From NCBI GenBank assembly GCA_963931495.1, contig OZ007020.1, positions 300,001 to 332,000 on the forward strand: a stretch of 32,000 bases of DNA. The letters are read 5' to 3'. The notes under the pieces were generated by a model. The model had not been told where the DNA came from, did not search any database, and saw only the letters and a program-made list of their open reading frames with translations. Each line of letters begins with the position of its first letter. The first letter of the stretch is position 1. Both the position numbers and the translations under genes were made by a program. Origin of the DNA: an uncultured Alphaproteobacteria bacterium (GTDB taxonomy: Bacteria; Pseudomonadota; Alphaproteobacteria; Rs-D84). Below are positions 1-7,753 of this stretch, in pieces.

Positions 1-1074
1 CGGTGCATTCAAAATATTTTTCGGGGGCATCAAACTGCCTGTGTCGCGGGCAGTGCGATATGCCGCGGTTTGGGCGCGGTAATTAGCCGTACTTTTCGGC
101 GCTGTCCCCAGGTATATAACCAATTCTGTTAATGCCAGATCCCCTTCGGGACTGCCCATGCGTTCATATATCTGCCATGCGGCCAGTGCAATTTGCATTG
201 CGTTCGGGTCGGCCAGTCCGATATCTTCCATGGCGAAACGTGTCAAACGACGAAACAGATACATCGGGTCTTGGCCAGATGTCATCATGCGGGCCGTCCA
301 ATACAGGGCCGCATCAGTATCACTGGCACGCAATGATTTATGAACAGCCGATATTAAATTGTAATGTTCATCCCCAGATTTATCAGACAGTGGCGCGCGT
401 TTTTGTATCGCGTTATCCAGTTCTTCGGGTGACAGATTTTTTTTGAATTTTGCGTTGACCAGATATTCAACCGTATTCAATAAAAATCGGGCATCCCCGT
501 CGGACATCTGGGCCAGGTGTATGCGCGCATTTTCATCCAATGGCAATTTTTTACCAAGAAATTTTTCAGCACGCGACATCAGAATCATTAAATCTTCGCT
601 GGATAACGGTTGCAGAACACCAACGTGGCACCGCGACAATAATGCGTTGTTCAAATTAAAACTGGGGTTTTCAGTTGTTGCGCCCATGAATATAACAGTG
701 CCATCTTCAAGATATGGCAGCAATGTATCCTGTTGCGTTTTATTAAAACGATGAATTTCGTCAATAAACAACAATGTGCCGCGCCCAATTTCACGATTCA
801 TTTTGGCGGCATCCATTGCCTTTTTAATATCTGCGGTTCCGGAAAATACCGCCGACATCGGTACAAAATCCATATCAACAGATTTTGCCAACGCACGTGC
901 AATTGTTGTTTTTCCGCACCCGGGTGGACCCCACAGTATCAAATTTGATAATTTATGGTTGTCAACCATTCTGCGGACCAGGCCGTTTTCACCCAACAGT
1001 TGGGATTGACCGACAATTTCATCAATTGTTGATGGCCGCATTAAGTCTGCTAATGGTCTGTTTTCAGATTGCAT
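1..1074 (-). CDS. rarA: Replication-associated recombination protein A (RarA/MgsA, AAA+ ATPase); C-terminal end runs off the left edge
   Basis: The reverse-strand frame is open from the ATG (complement of 1072-1074) to base 1. My translation starts MQSENRPLADLMRPSTIDEIVGQSQLLGENGLVRRM, contains Walker A GPPGCGKTT and LLFIDEIHRFN, and ends at the edge in YRTARDTGSLMPPKNILNAP. It is absent from the ORF track because it has no stop in the window. The + strand ORFs at 132-1009 are antisense shadows. Confidence 0.9.
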   Translation of the reverse strand, partial: MQSENRPLADLMRPSTIDEIVGQSQLLGENGLVRRMVDNHKLSNLILWGPPGCGKTTIARALAKSVDMDFVPMSAVFSGTADIKKAMDAAKMNREIGRGTLLFIDEIHRFNKTQQDTLLPYLEDGTVIFMGATTENPSFNLNNALLSRCHVGVLQPLSSEDLMILMSRAEKFLGKKLPLDENARIHLAQMSDGDARFLLNTVEYLVNAKFKKNLSPEELDNAIQKRAPLSDKSGDEHYNLISAVHKSLRASDTDAALYWTARMMTSGQDPMYLFRRLTRFAMEDIGLADPNAMQIALAAWQIYERMGSPEGDLALTELVIYLGTAPKSTANYRAQTAAYRTARDTGSLMPPKNILNAP

Positions 1075-1110
1075 TTGTTTTTTACTGTATTTTTATTTGT
1101 CTTTTATTTG

Positions 1111-1119
1111 TGATATAAT
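1111..1119 (+). promoter_or_regulatory. Candidate extended -10 promoter (TGaTATAAT) for the MucR-like gene
   Basis: TG at 1111-1112 and TATAAT at 1114-1119, inside the 76-bp AT-rich divergent spacer between the rarA start (1074) and the TTG start at 1151. No convincing -35. Confidence 0.3.
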
Positions 1120-1150
1120 AAATTCTAGTAAATAAACAAGGGTTTATCAA

Positions 1151-1534
1151 TTGGTAAGTACAAATAAAGATTCTGAATTTGCGTTGGCGGTGGCAAATCT
1201 GGCCGCGGCGGCAATGGCGGCAAATCCGGCATTGACGATGGATGATGCAGTGCGCGCAGCACGCGAAAGTTTGCGTGGTGCGTCCGTCACCCCCCAGCAA
1301 ATTGCTGCATCGGTTCAGCCTGATAAAATTCAGTGTCTGGAAGATGGTACATGGCATATCATGCTGCGGCGTTATGTTAAAAGAAAGTTTAATCTTGGCC
1401 CACAACAGTATCGGCAAAAATGGGGATTGCCAGACAATTATCCGTTTGTTGCACCAAATTATTCGGCGCATCGGTCGCGAATTGCAAAAAAACATGGTTT
1501 GGGTAAAAACAACCGCAGGGGGCGCAAAAAATGA
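1151..1534 (+). CDS. MucR/Ros-family transcriptional regulator, variant with a degenerate zinc-binding site
   Basis: The C-terminal half, IQCLEDGTWHIMLRRYVKRKFNLGPQQYRQKWGLPDNYPFVAPNYSAHRSRIAKKHGLG, matches the Ros/MucR signature (C-x2-C ... H ... H followed by YR.KWGLP.DYPMVAP.Y...RS.LAK..GLG). TTG start as in the ORF track, with AAGGG about 9 nt upstream. Confidence 0.8.
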   Translation: MVSTNKDSEFALAVANLAAAAMAANPALTMDDAVRAARESLRGASVTPQQIAASVQPDKIQCLEDGTWHIMLRRYVKRKFNLGPQQYRQKWGLPDNYPFVAPNYSAHRSRIAKKHGLGKNNRRGRKK

Positions 1535-3462
1535 CGGATAAATTCAGAAAAACTGTAAAGGTTCCAGAAAATGCCGCCGCACGTCTGCGGCGGGCCGCCG
1601 AAAAATTGCATCCACGTGAATTTGTACGTGATATGCGTATGTATGGTGAAGATGAAAAGTTGGAATTCAAAGATGCCGCCGCAATAATAGGACTGGGGTT
1701 GGCCAAGGGTATGGCGTGGATGGCCGCTGGGGGGGCACAATTGTTGTTAACCTTGGCGCGTTGGACAACAATGGATAATGCATTTCTGCGCAAAATGGAA
1801 AATCATTTTGCTGTGATGGATGTTGGAAAAAATAAGCGGGGGCAACCGAAAAAATTATCGTCGTTTGCAAAAAAATATCCTAATCTGTCGGCGCATATAT
1901 TGTGGATTTTTGGTCTGGGGCTGGTGTCGGGCGGAACATATGCCGGCGTAAAGTATGTGCCAGATAAAATTCAAACAGTCAAAGAAGCACGCGCAGAACA
2001 AGAGGCCGCAAGACAAGCAGAAGAGGCCGCGCGTGGAACATATCGGGCTTTTTTGAATAAGATGCAGCCAATTACGCCATTTTTAATCGCAGATTTAATT
2101 GCCAAAGAAGGGGTACATATAGATGAAAAAACAGGTTTGCATGTACCGTATCGTGATTCACGTGGAATCCCAACAATTGGATTTGGTTCAACCGTGCTGA
2201 AAAATGGCCAACGTGTCACAATGAATACCCCACCAATCACAACGGCCGAAGCATATGAAACGGCGCGGTGGCATCTGGAAGAAGGCGAAACATATTTTGT
2301 GTTGTACTGTTATGATACTGCACTGAAAAATGTTGATGTGAATACCACTAATGAAGCGCTGGGGATGAGTTCTGTTATATATAACGCGTATACTAAATTA
2401 ATAGAAGAACCCAATGACCGTAATTGCAAAGAACGTTTCGCGCATTTACGTAATCTGCTGGATGAATACGGTTTTGCCGTGCCAGATTCATTGGTGCAAC
2501 AGTTGTTTGAACAGTATCCGATTCGTGCAGGAACCAGTTTTGGACAAGAATGGATAAATGGGGCCAGTAAAGATGTTATGGCAAATCGTTTGGGACGATT
2601 TTTGTCGGGTGGACGTGGTCTGTATTGGCGGCGATGGCTGGAAGCAGGGTTGTTAACAGGTGATATAACGCCGCAAATGCTGCTTAGTTGTCCAGTAAAC
2701 GGAATGTATGAATTCTTTCGTGTGATGGACGGTAAAAAAAGTGCATTCTTTATCGGCGATATTGAAAATCGGCGTGTAAATAAAGATACGTTTTTGAAGT
2801 TTAAGCAATGGTTGGCAAATCCCGTCAGTGCAGATGGTTTTGATTTAAGTTCGTGGAAAAAAATTGGCGACTTTTTGCCAAGTGATGTTTTGGCATATTG
2901 TCAGAATGGTGAATGCGAACTGGATAATCCGAATTTTAACAAAAATATGTCTGGGCGTGATGTGGTGCTGGTCAAAACATATACAATGGGATATGATGCG
3001 CAATATAAAAATGCAATGGCGGCATATGTTGCAACAGACTATGATTCGGCAGCCAGCCAGTTTGAAAAGATGATTACAGAATATCCGAATAATGCGCTGT
3101 TGCGTAATGATTTGGCGGCGACATACAATAAAATCGGACGGTTTTCTGATGCGGTTGCCCAGGCGCGCGAAATACTGCATCGTATTGGTGATAAAAGCCA
3201 ATATGCCGCGGCACAGTATAATGCGGGGTTTGCGTATGAACAAATGGGGGATTTGGAACGTGCATTGCTGAATTACCAATTGGCGGTTAAAAATGGTAAT
3301 GTCAGTGTTGGCCAGGATGTCAGCCGTGTACAAAGAAAAATAAAGTCTGGGAAAACAATTGCGTTTTATGATGCGCTGGACCAGATTAATGCGGATGGTG
3401 AAAAACGCGTGCGCGGGGATATAAACAATATAAAATTAAACGAATCAGAATATATCGCATAA
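1531..3462 (+). CDS. Membrane-anchored GH24 (phage-type) lysozyme-like muramidase with C-terminal TPR repeats
   Basis: 643-aa ORF whose ATG overlaps the upstream stop (ATGA at 1531-1534). It has two hydrophobic segments (AAIIGLGLAKGMAWMAAGGAQLLLTLA; LSAHILWIFGLGLVSGGTYAGV). The segment LIAKEGVHIDEKTGLHVPYRDSRGIPTIGFGST resembles the P22-type lysozyme core (EG...Y.DSRGIPTIG.G) and offers E/D/T triad candidates. The C-terminus reads as TPR repeats (AMAAYVATDYDSAASQFEKMITEYPNN ... AQYNAGFAYEQMGDLERALLNYQLAVKNGN). Confidence 0.7.
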   Translation: MTDKFRKTVKVPENAAARLRRAAEKLHPREFVRDMRMYGEDEKLEFKDAAAIIGLGLAKGMAWMAAGGAQLLLTLARWTTMDNAFLRKMENHFAVMDVGKNKRGQPKKLSSFAKKYPNLSAHILWIFGLGLVSGGTYAGVKYVPDKIQTVKEARAEQEAARQAEEAARGTYRAFLNKMQPITPFLIADLIAKEGVHIDEKTGLHVPYRDSRGIPTIGFGSTVLKNGQRVTMNTPPITTAEAYETARWHLEEGETYFVLYCYDTALKNVDVNTTNEALGMSSVIYNAYTKLIEEPNDRNCKERFAHLRNLLDEYGFAVPDSLVQQLFEQYPIRAGTSFGQEWINGASKDVMANRLGRFLSGGRGLYWRRWLEAGLLTGDITPQMLLSCPVNGMYEFFRVMDGKKSAFFIGDIENRRVNKDTFLKFKQWLANPVSADGFDLSSWKKIGDFLPSDVLAYCQNGECELDNPNFNKNMSGRDVVLVKTYTMGYDAQYKNAMAAYVATDYDSAASQFEKMITEYPNNALLRNDLAATYNKIGRFSDAVAQAREILHRIGDKSQYAAAQYNAGFAYEQMGDLERALLNYQLAVKNGNVSVGQDVSRVQRKIKSGKTIAFYDALDQINADGEKRVRGDINNIKLNESEYIA

Positions 3463-3473
3463 ATGGATTTGAC

Positions 3474-5492
3474 ATGAAAGTATATATAAATTATCAAGAT
3501 AAAAGATGGCGTAAATATAAAATTGATTTTATGCAAATTGCGAATATGGCGGCAATTGATGTATCCCCAGATGCAGAAGTGTCAATTACACTGACCAATG
3601 ACGCGGAAATTCAAAAAATTAATAAACAGTATCGTGGTAAAGATGCACCAACAAATGTTTTATCATTTGAATTGGGGGATGATATTTTATTGGGCGATAT
3701 TTTTATTTCTTTGGATACAGTTATGCGTGAAGCAAAAAATGAAAATATATCTGTGGCGGAACATACCGCCCACATGGTTGTTCATGGTATGTTGCATTTA
3801 CAGGGATATGATCATATAAAAAATTCAGATGCACGCAAAATGGAAAATCTGGAAATAAATATACTGAAAAAATTAAATATAAAAAATCCCTATGCGCCGG
3901 AATCGTGTATATGCAGCGATTTATCATGTTGTCCTGGGGGAAAGTTTTTTGCATTTTTGCATCGGTTAAAAATTCGTCCAGATGGATTCTGGCAATATAT
4001 ATTAATGGCGTTAATGGGGGCAATTTGCGCGTTGGGTTTTGCGCCGTTTAATTTATGGTGGGCGACACTGGGGGCAATATTTGTTGCATACAGATTAATG
4101 TTGCGTACACATTCGCGTGGAATATGGGGGGCGTTTGTGCGTGTCTTGCCGTTCAGTGCAATGTATGCAATTGCGATGTTTTGGTGGGTAACGAATTCAA
4201 TATATGTTGTGCCAGATTTGGCCGCGCAATTTGCAATATGGACGGTGCCGGCACTGGTTGGAATTGGTATTGTTGGTGGTTTTATATTTGCAATTCCATT
4301 TGTCGTAATCATGCGTATGCGTACAAATCCGGCATCCAGAGTCTTTGTTTTTGCAGCAATTTGGACATTGGTTTTATGGTTGCGTGAATGGGCGTTTACT
4401 GGATTTCCGTGGAATCCAATTGCGAATATTATGATGCCTTTTCCGATGATTGCGAATTCTATGTCGCTGTGGGGGGCACTGGGGTTGACGTTTGTGTGTG
4501 TTGGAATCATTGCCGCGTTGGCAGAATTATTTGGGCAATGGCGGAATTGGCGTGTCTGGGGTGTCTTTGCTGTTTTTATATTATTAGGTATCGGCGGTGC
4601 CATTTATGGTGCATATAATATGTCACGTTCAAATGTTTCGTGTGATGCGTCGCCGGTTATTCGGATTATTCAACCCGCACGCAGCGCGGTACAAAAGGCG
4701 TCGCATTCACGTGCAGATGCAATTCGCAATGCAGATACAAATATTGCGTATATGACGGGATTGGCGGTAATTAATAATAATGCGGACTTGGTTGTGTTCC
4801 CAGAAACAGCATATCCGTACGCGGTTTTGAATGGTGACGATATGCCAATGGCAACCCAGGTTGGTGCCAATATGATTATTGGCGCAACGCATGTTGATGA
4901 TGGTGGTGTCTATAATTCAATGATTGTTGCCAATCCAAATGGCATGATAAAAAAGATTTACAGTAAATCACACTTGGTGCCGTTTGGCGAATATCGCCCG
5001 TTTGGTGACATTATCCCAACACCAGGGCAATTATCACAGGGTGCCGGCCCAGAAATTATAAGTGTTGATTTAAGTGGCAAGACTTTTTCATTTGCGCCGG
5101 CAATATGTTATGAAATTATTTTTTCTGATTCATTGGTACCGGCGGGCGCCAATCCAGACGCAATTATAAATATTACAAATGATACTTGGTTTGGTGCAAC
5201 ACCGGGTACGTACCAGCACTTGGATATGGTGCGGCGTTATGCAATTGAATCAGGTTTGCCCATTGTGCGCGCAAACTATTCGGGAATCAGCGCATTTGTT
5301 AATCCAGATGGAACAATTTTGTCGTTAATTCCAATCGCGCAACCTGGATATGCTGATGGGGTCGTATGTGGTGCGCACAGTACACCATATCGCGCAATTG
5401 GGCGTGATGGATGGATGATAATTATACTGGCATTTTCATGTGTATGTGTGATGTTTTTGAACCGTCGTTGTGAAAAAAATAAACCAGTATAA
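3474..5492 (+). CDS. lnt: Single-ORF fusion of endoribonuclease YbeY (N-terminal ~140 aa) and apolipoprotein N-acyltransferase Lnt (C-terminal ~520 aa)
   Basis: The N-terminal part has PTNVLSFEL and the YbeY metal motif HGMLHLQGYDH. After the linker PESCICSDLSCCPGGKFF come multiple TM helices (ILMALMGAICALGFAPFNLWW...) and a CN-hydrolase domain with Lnt triad contexts VVFPETAYPY (E), KSHLVPFGEY (K) and APAICYEIIF (C). There is no in-frame stop between the two parts. Confidence 0.85.
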   Translation: MKVYINYQDKRWRKYKIDFMQIANMAAIDVSPDAEVSITLTNDAEIQKINKQYRGKDAPTNVLSFELGDDILLGDIFISLDTVMREAKNENISVAEHTAHMVVHGMLHLQGYDHIKNSDARKMENLEINILKKLNIKNPYAPESCICSDLSCCPGGKFFAFLHRLKIRPDGFWQYILMALMGAICALGFAPFNLWWATLGAIFVAYRLMLRTHSRGIWGAFVRVLPFSAMYAIAMFWWVTNSIYVVPDLAAQFAIWTVPALVGIGIVGGFIFAIPFVVIMRMRTNPASRVFVFAAIWTLVLWLREWAFTGFPWNPIANIMMPFPMIANSMSLWGALGLTFVCVGIIAALAELFGQWRNWRVWGVFAVFILLGIGGAIYGAYNMSRSNVSCDASPVIRIIQPARSAVQKASHSRADAIRNADTNIAYMTGLAVINNNADLVVFPETAYPYAVLNGDDMPMATQVGANMIIGATHVDDGGVYNSMIVANPNGMIKKIYSKSHLVPFGEYRPFGDIIPTPGQLSQGAGPEIISVDLSGKTFSFAPAICYEIIFSDSLVPAGANPDAIINITNDTWFGATPGTYQHLDMVRRYAIESGLPIVRANYSGISAFVNPDGTILSLIPIAQPGYADGVVCGAHSTPYRAIGRDGWMIIILAFSCVCVMFLNRRCEKNKPV

Positions 5493-5616
5493 TATTTTAT
5501 TTTCATTAATGTTATATGTTACGATATAATACCAATGACGCTGAGGGTTTCAGCGTTGGTGGCGCCGTCGGTAACATATTAATCAACGGCATTGGTGGCA
5601 ACCCAGGCGCCGATGA

Positions 5617-5820
5617 TTAATTTTTTAACTGGGCCAGAATCCATACGCGTATCGCAGATGACAGGTTCGTACCTGGTGCACGCGTGTCATCAATGTCGGT
5701 AATGATTGATGCAACAGATTGTTTCTTGTCTTGGGCGATGCGTTGCAGTTCGGCCACAAATTCTGGTTCCAGTGTAATACTGGTTTGGTGGCCTGATAAA
5801 GATACAGATATTTTTTTCAT
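5617..5820 (-). CDS. Ribbon-helix-helix (RHH_4-type) DNA-binding protein
   Basis: MKKISVSLSGHQTSITLEPEFVAELQRIAQDKKQSVASIITDIDDTRAPGTNLSSAIRVWILAQL fits the alphaproteobacterial RHH_4 pattern (S..L.GH.TS..LE..F...L..IA......S...l..ID..R...NLSSA.RVf.L). I chose the second Met (start 5820) because it lies 2 nt after the upstream stop. The track ORF extends to 5847. Confidence 0.7.
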   Translation of the reverse strand: MKKISVSLSGHQTSITLEPEFVAELQRIAQDKKQSVASIITDIDDTRAPGTNLSSAIRVWILAQLKN

Positions 5821-5822
5821 TG

Positions 5823-6260
5823 TTAAAATTTCCCAGCAACCAGGCAATCGGTCATCGCGCGATACGGATCATCATATTTACGCAGCATGTCCAAATTTGT
5901 ATTGCCCAGCATATAACATGTGCCAAAAGAATCAAATGCAAACCAAAACAGATCGTTGCGTCCAAACAATGTCTTGGCGTGCATTTGTGGAATACTGATT
6001 AGTTCGGAATTTATTGTTACTATATCCGGAATGGGATGTTTTATCCCGCGTGAAACATTCTGGGGGCCAAAGATATAACCACTGCCTAAATTAATGGCAC
6101 CACATTGTGTGTACAAATCAATCATAAATTGTGGCAGTATGGCGGCACGCATCTGTTGCAGTGATGTATTAACCAATGTTATTGCATTCGGCGCAACGCC
6201 CGGCGATACCAGCGCATTTTGTGATTTCAATAATGACAAAAATTCAGATAACTGTGTCAT
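5823..6260 (-). CDS. Hypothetical protein with SUKH/SMI1-KNR4-like (immunity-protein-like) features
   Basis: From the internal Met: MTQLSEFLSLLKSQ...LPQFMIDLYTQCGAINLGSGYIFGP...LFGRNDLFWFAFDSFGTCYML...YRAMTDCLV. This reads by eye like the SUKH pattern (LP..y..fl...nG...g..i.g ... fg..d.f.f.fd..G..y.l). The longer track ORF (to 6407) would overlap the upstream gene by 136 nt in a Trp/Arg-rich stretch that looks non-coding. Confidence 0.5.
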   Translation of the reverse strand: MTQLSEFLSLLKSQNALVSPGVAPNAITLVNTSLQQMRAAILPQFMIDLYTQCGAINLGSGYIFGPQNVSRGIKHPIPDIVTINSELISIPQMHAKTLFGRNDLFWFAFDSFGTCYMLGNTNLDMLRKYDDPYRAMTDCLVAGKF

Positions 6261-6271
6261 TGATGATAAAC

Positions 6272-6781
6272 TTAAACCTCCATCCCGCGTGATGCGGCAA
6301 TCTGGGCCGCCATTTGGCTTAATCTGTCTGCGGTTGCGTTGCCGCCATCGCCACCAGATACCATATGTGCTGGCACGTATACCTTTTTTGCCGGATTGGG
6401 CAGCCATATTGTTTTTGCCCCCGATTGGTCAATTATAAATTTATCCAGATTTTGTGAATATGGAAACGTCCAGCACATAAATAAATTATCTGTATCTAAT
6501 CTGCCGCCCCATGCCAATGGAACGCGAAAGCGTATAGATATGTTTTGTGGTATTTGGCGACCGGTCAGCAGATTTATAAATTCATCTTGGGTTAAATTCA
6601 TAAATGCCAATTCATCAACCGAATCGGACAATGAACGCGCAAATTCGCGACATAATTTTTTATATTGTGCAAACCAATCAGGGGCAACGGCAACGTGCGC
6701 GGGCTGGACTTCTATGACGGGCATGTCGTCCATATTCATGTCTTTTAATTTCTTTTCAGCCCCGCTGTGCGTCAGTTGCAT
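6272..6781 (-). CDS. Hypothetical protein with a degenerate HNH-like (beta-beta-alpha-Me) motif
   Basis: 169-aa ORF whose ATG shares one base with the upstream stop (TAATG at 6779-6783). The segment IRFRVPLAWGGRLDTDNLFMCWTF aligns by eye with the classical HNH core DH.iPl..GG.....NL..lC, but FR replaces the D-H pair. Confidence 0.55.
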   Translation of the reverse strand: MQLTHSGAEKKLKDMNMDDMPVIEVQPAHVAVAPDWFAQYKKLCREFARSLSDSVDELAFMNLTQDEFINLLTGRQIPQNISIRFRVPLAWGGRLDTDNLFMCWTFPYSQNLDKFIIDQSGAKTIWLPNPAKKVYVPAHMVSGGDGGNATADRLSQMAAQIAASRGMEV

Positions 6782-7710
6782 TACCCGATACCTATGTGAT
6801 TAATAACCGCGTCAATATATTGTGAATATGCATCAAACAGTCCGTTGTCGTCATTGGGTAATGGCGGATTCGGATGTTGTGACATATATTCCCGCAATTG
6901 TGCAATTGTATTAAACATCAATATATCTTGGAATTCAGATGTCGCCGCGTCAGGGGCCGAAATAACAAATCCATTTATTATTATATCGTTGTTATCAAGT
7001 GTGTCGGAAAATATACCGTCCAGTTTATCAATGACGGTGCGCATTTCTGTGGTCTTGATTCCGATACCGCCAATCCACAATGTTTCATTCGTTCCGATGG
7101 CCAGTAATGCGATATTTATTCCGTTAATTTTTGGCGACGTTTTTACAGTATAACCCAATGATGTAAATATTTCGCGGATTTCGGGCCAATCTTGTTGTGC
7201 CGGTGGCGTTGGCGACGGGGTGGAATGCGTGTTTTCGGGTACATACCTTTGTCCTGATTGCATAATTCCAGATGGAATGTTCAGACGTGGTGGACGCATG
7301 CTGGGCGATGGCGATGTCGTATTTTGTGTCGTGGATGATTCCTGGGGTTGGGCAGGCATTATATCCAATGTTGATGCATCAGTATTTTGTATGTCGTTTG
7401 TTGTTGTTTTGGTTGCTTTTGCTTTTTTGTTTTTATCGGATACGTGCATGATTGGCATACGTATTTTGCGGATGCGGGGGCGGACAATTGCGTACAGCCC
7501 CAGTATTGTTACAAACACAATCACCACAATAGATATATAAAATCCAATTTTAATTGGGCTTTGTCCGGCCTGTAAATATGCCAGGTATTCCCAATGCGCA
7601 GCAGAAAATATATTAAATCCAAATGATATATTAAACCAAAAGCATGTTACCAGTGTAATCGCCAGTAACCATAAAATGCACAGCAATATATAATCAGGTC
7701 TGAATTTCAT
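6781..7710 (-). CDS. Hypothetical membrane protein: 2 TM helices, a low-complexity Thr/Ser/Pro/Gln linker and a ~130-aa C-terminal globular domain
   Basis: 309-aa ORF. TM candidates are YILLCILWLLAITLVTCFWFNI and IKIGFYISIVVIVFVTILGLYAIV. These are followed by a basic stretch (RPRIRKIRMP...KNKKAKATK), a linker (TTTNDIQNTDAS...QPQESSTTQNTTSPSPSMRPP...STPSPTPPAQQ) and a C-terminal domain I could not assign (DWPEIREIFTSLGYTVKTSPKINGINIALLAIGTNETLWIGGIGIKT...). Confidence 0.7.
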   Translation of the reverse strand: MKFRPDYILLCILWLLAITLVTCFWFNISFGFNIFSAAHWEYLAYLQAGQSPIKIGFYISIVVIVFVTILGLYAIVRPRIRKIRMPIMHVSDKNKKAKATKTTTNDIQNTDASTLDIMPAQPQESSTTQNTTSPSPSMRPPRLNIPSGIMQSGQRYVPENTHSTPSPTPPAQQDWPEIREIFTSLGYTVKTSPKINGINIALLAIGTNETLWIGGIGIKTTEMRTVIDKLDGIFSDTLDNNDIIINGFVISAPDAATSEFQDILMFNTIAQLREYMSQHPNPPLPNDDNGLFDAYSQYIDAVINHIGIG

Positions 7711-7753
7711 TTGTCTTTAATTATATCATATTTGTGATAAAGTAGAAAGGGTA

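Noticed and set aside
132-1009. Several + strand ORFs (104, 103 and 77 aa) at the left end
   Set aside because: They are antisense shadows of rarA, whose minus-strand translation gives unambiguous AAA+ motifs (GPPGCGKTT, LLFIDEIHRFN).
3890-4603. 237-aa minus-strand ORF inside the lnt region
   Set aside because: It is antisense to the Lnt TM region. The product is Asn/Ala/Ile/Pro-rich with no start context, and the + strand frame carries the conserved Lnt features.
5520-5616. Cluster of small hairpins (ACGCTGA-GGGTT-TCAGCGT at about 5537-5555; GCCGT...ACGGC) and the repeated TTGGTGGC between the convergent lnt and RHH genes, considered as a structured RNA
   Set aside because: The most economical reading is bidirectional termination signals between convergent genes. 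The stems are short and lack clear T-runs, so I did not annotate them individually.
5823-6407. Long version (194 aa) of the SUKH-like ORF
   Set aside because: The first 49 codons (MAAQSGKKGIRASTYGIWWRWRQRNRRQ...) overlap the 3' end of the upstream gene by 136 nt and look like out-of-frame read-through. The internal ATG at 6260 lies 11 nt after the upstream stop and gives a sensible domain start.
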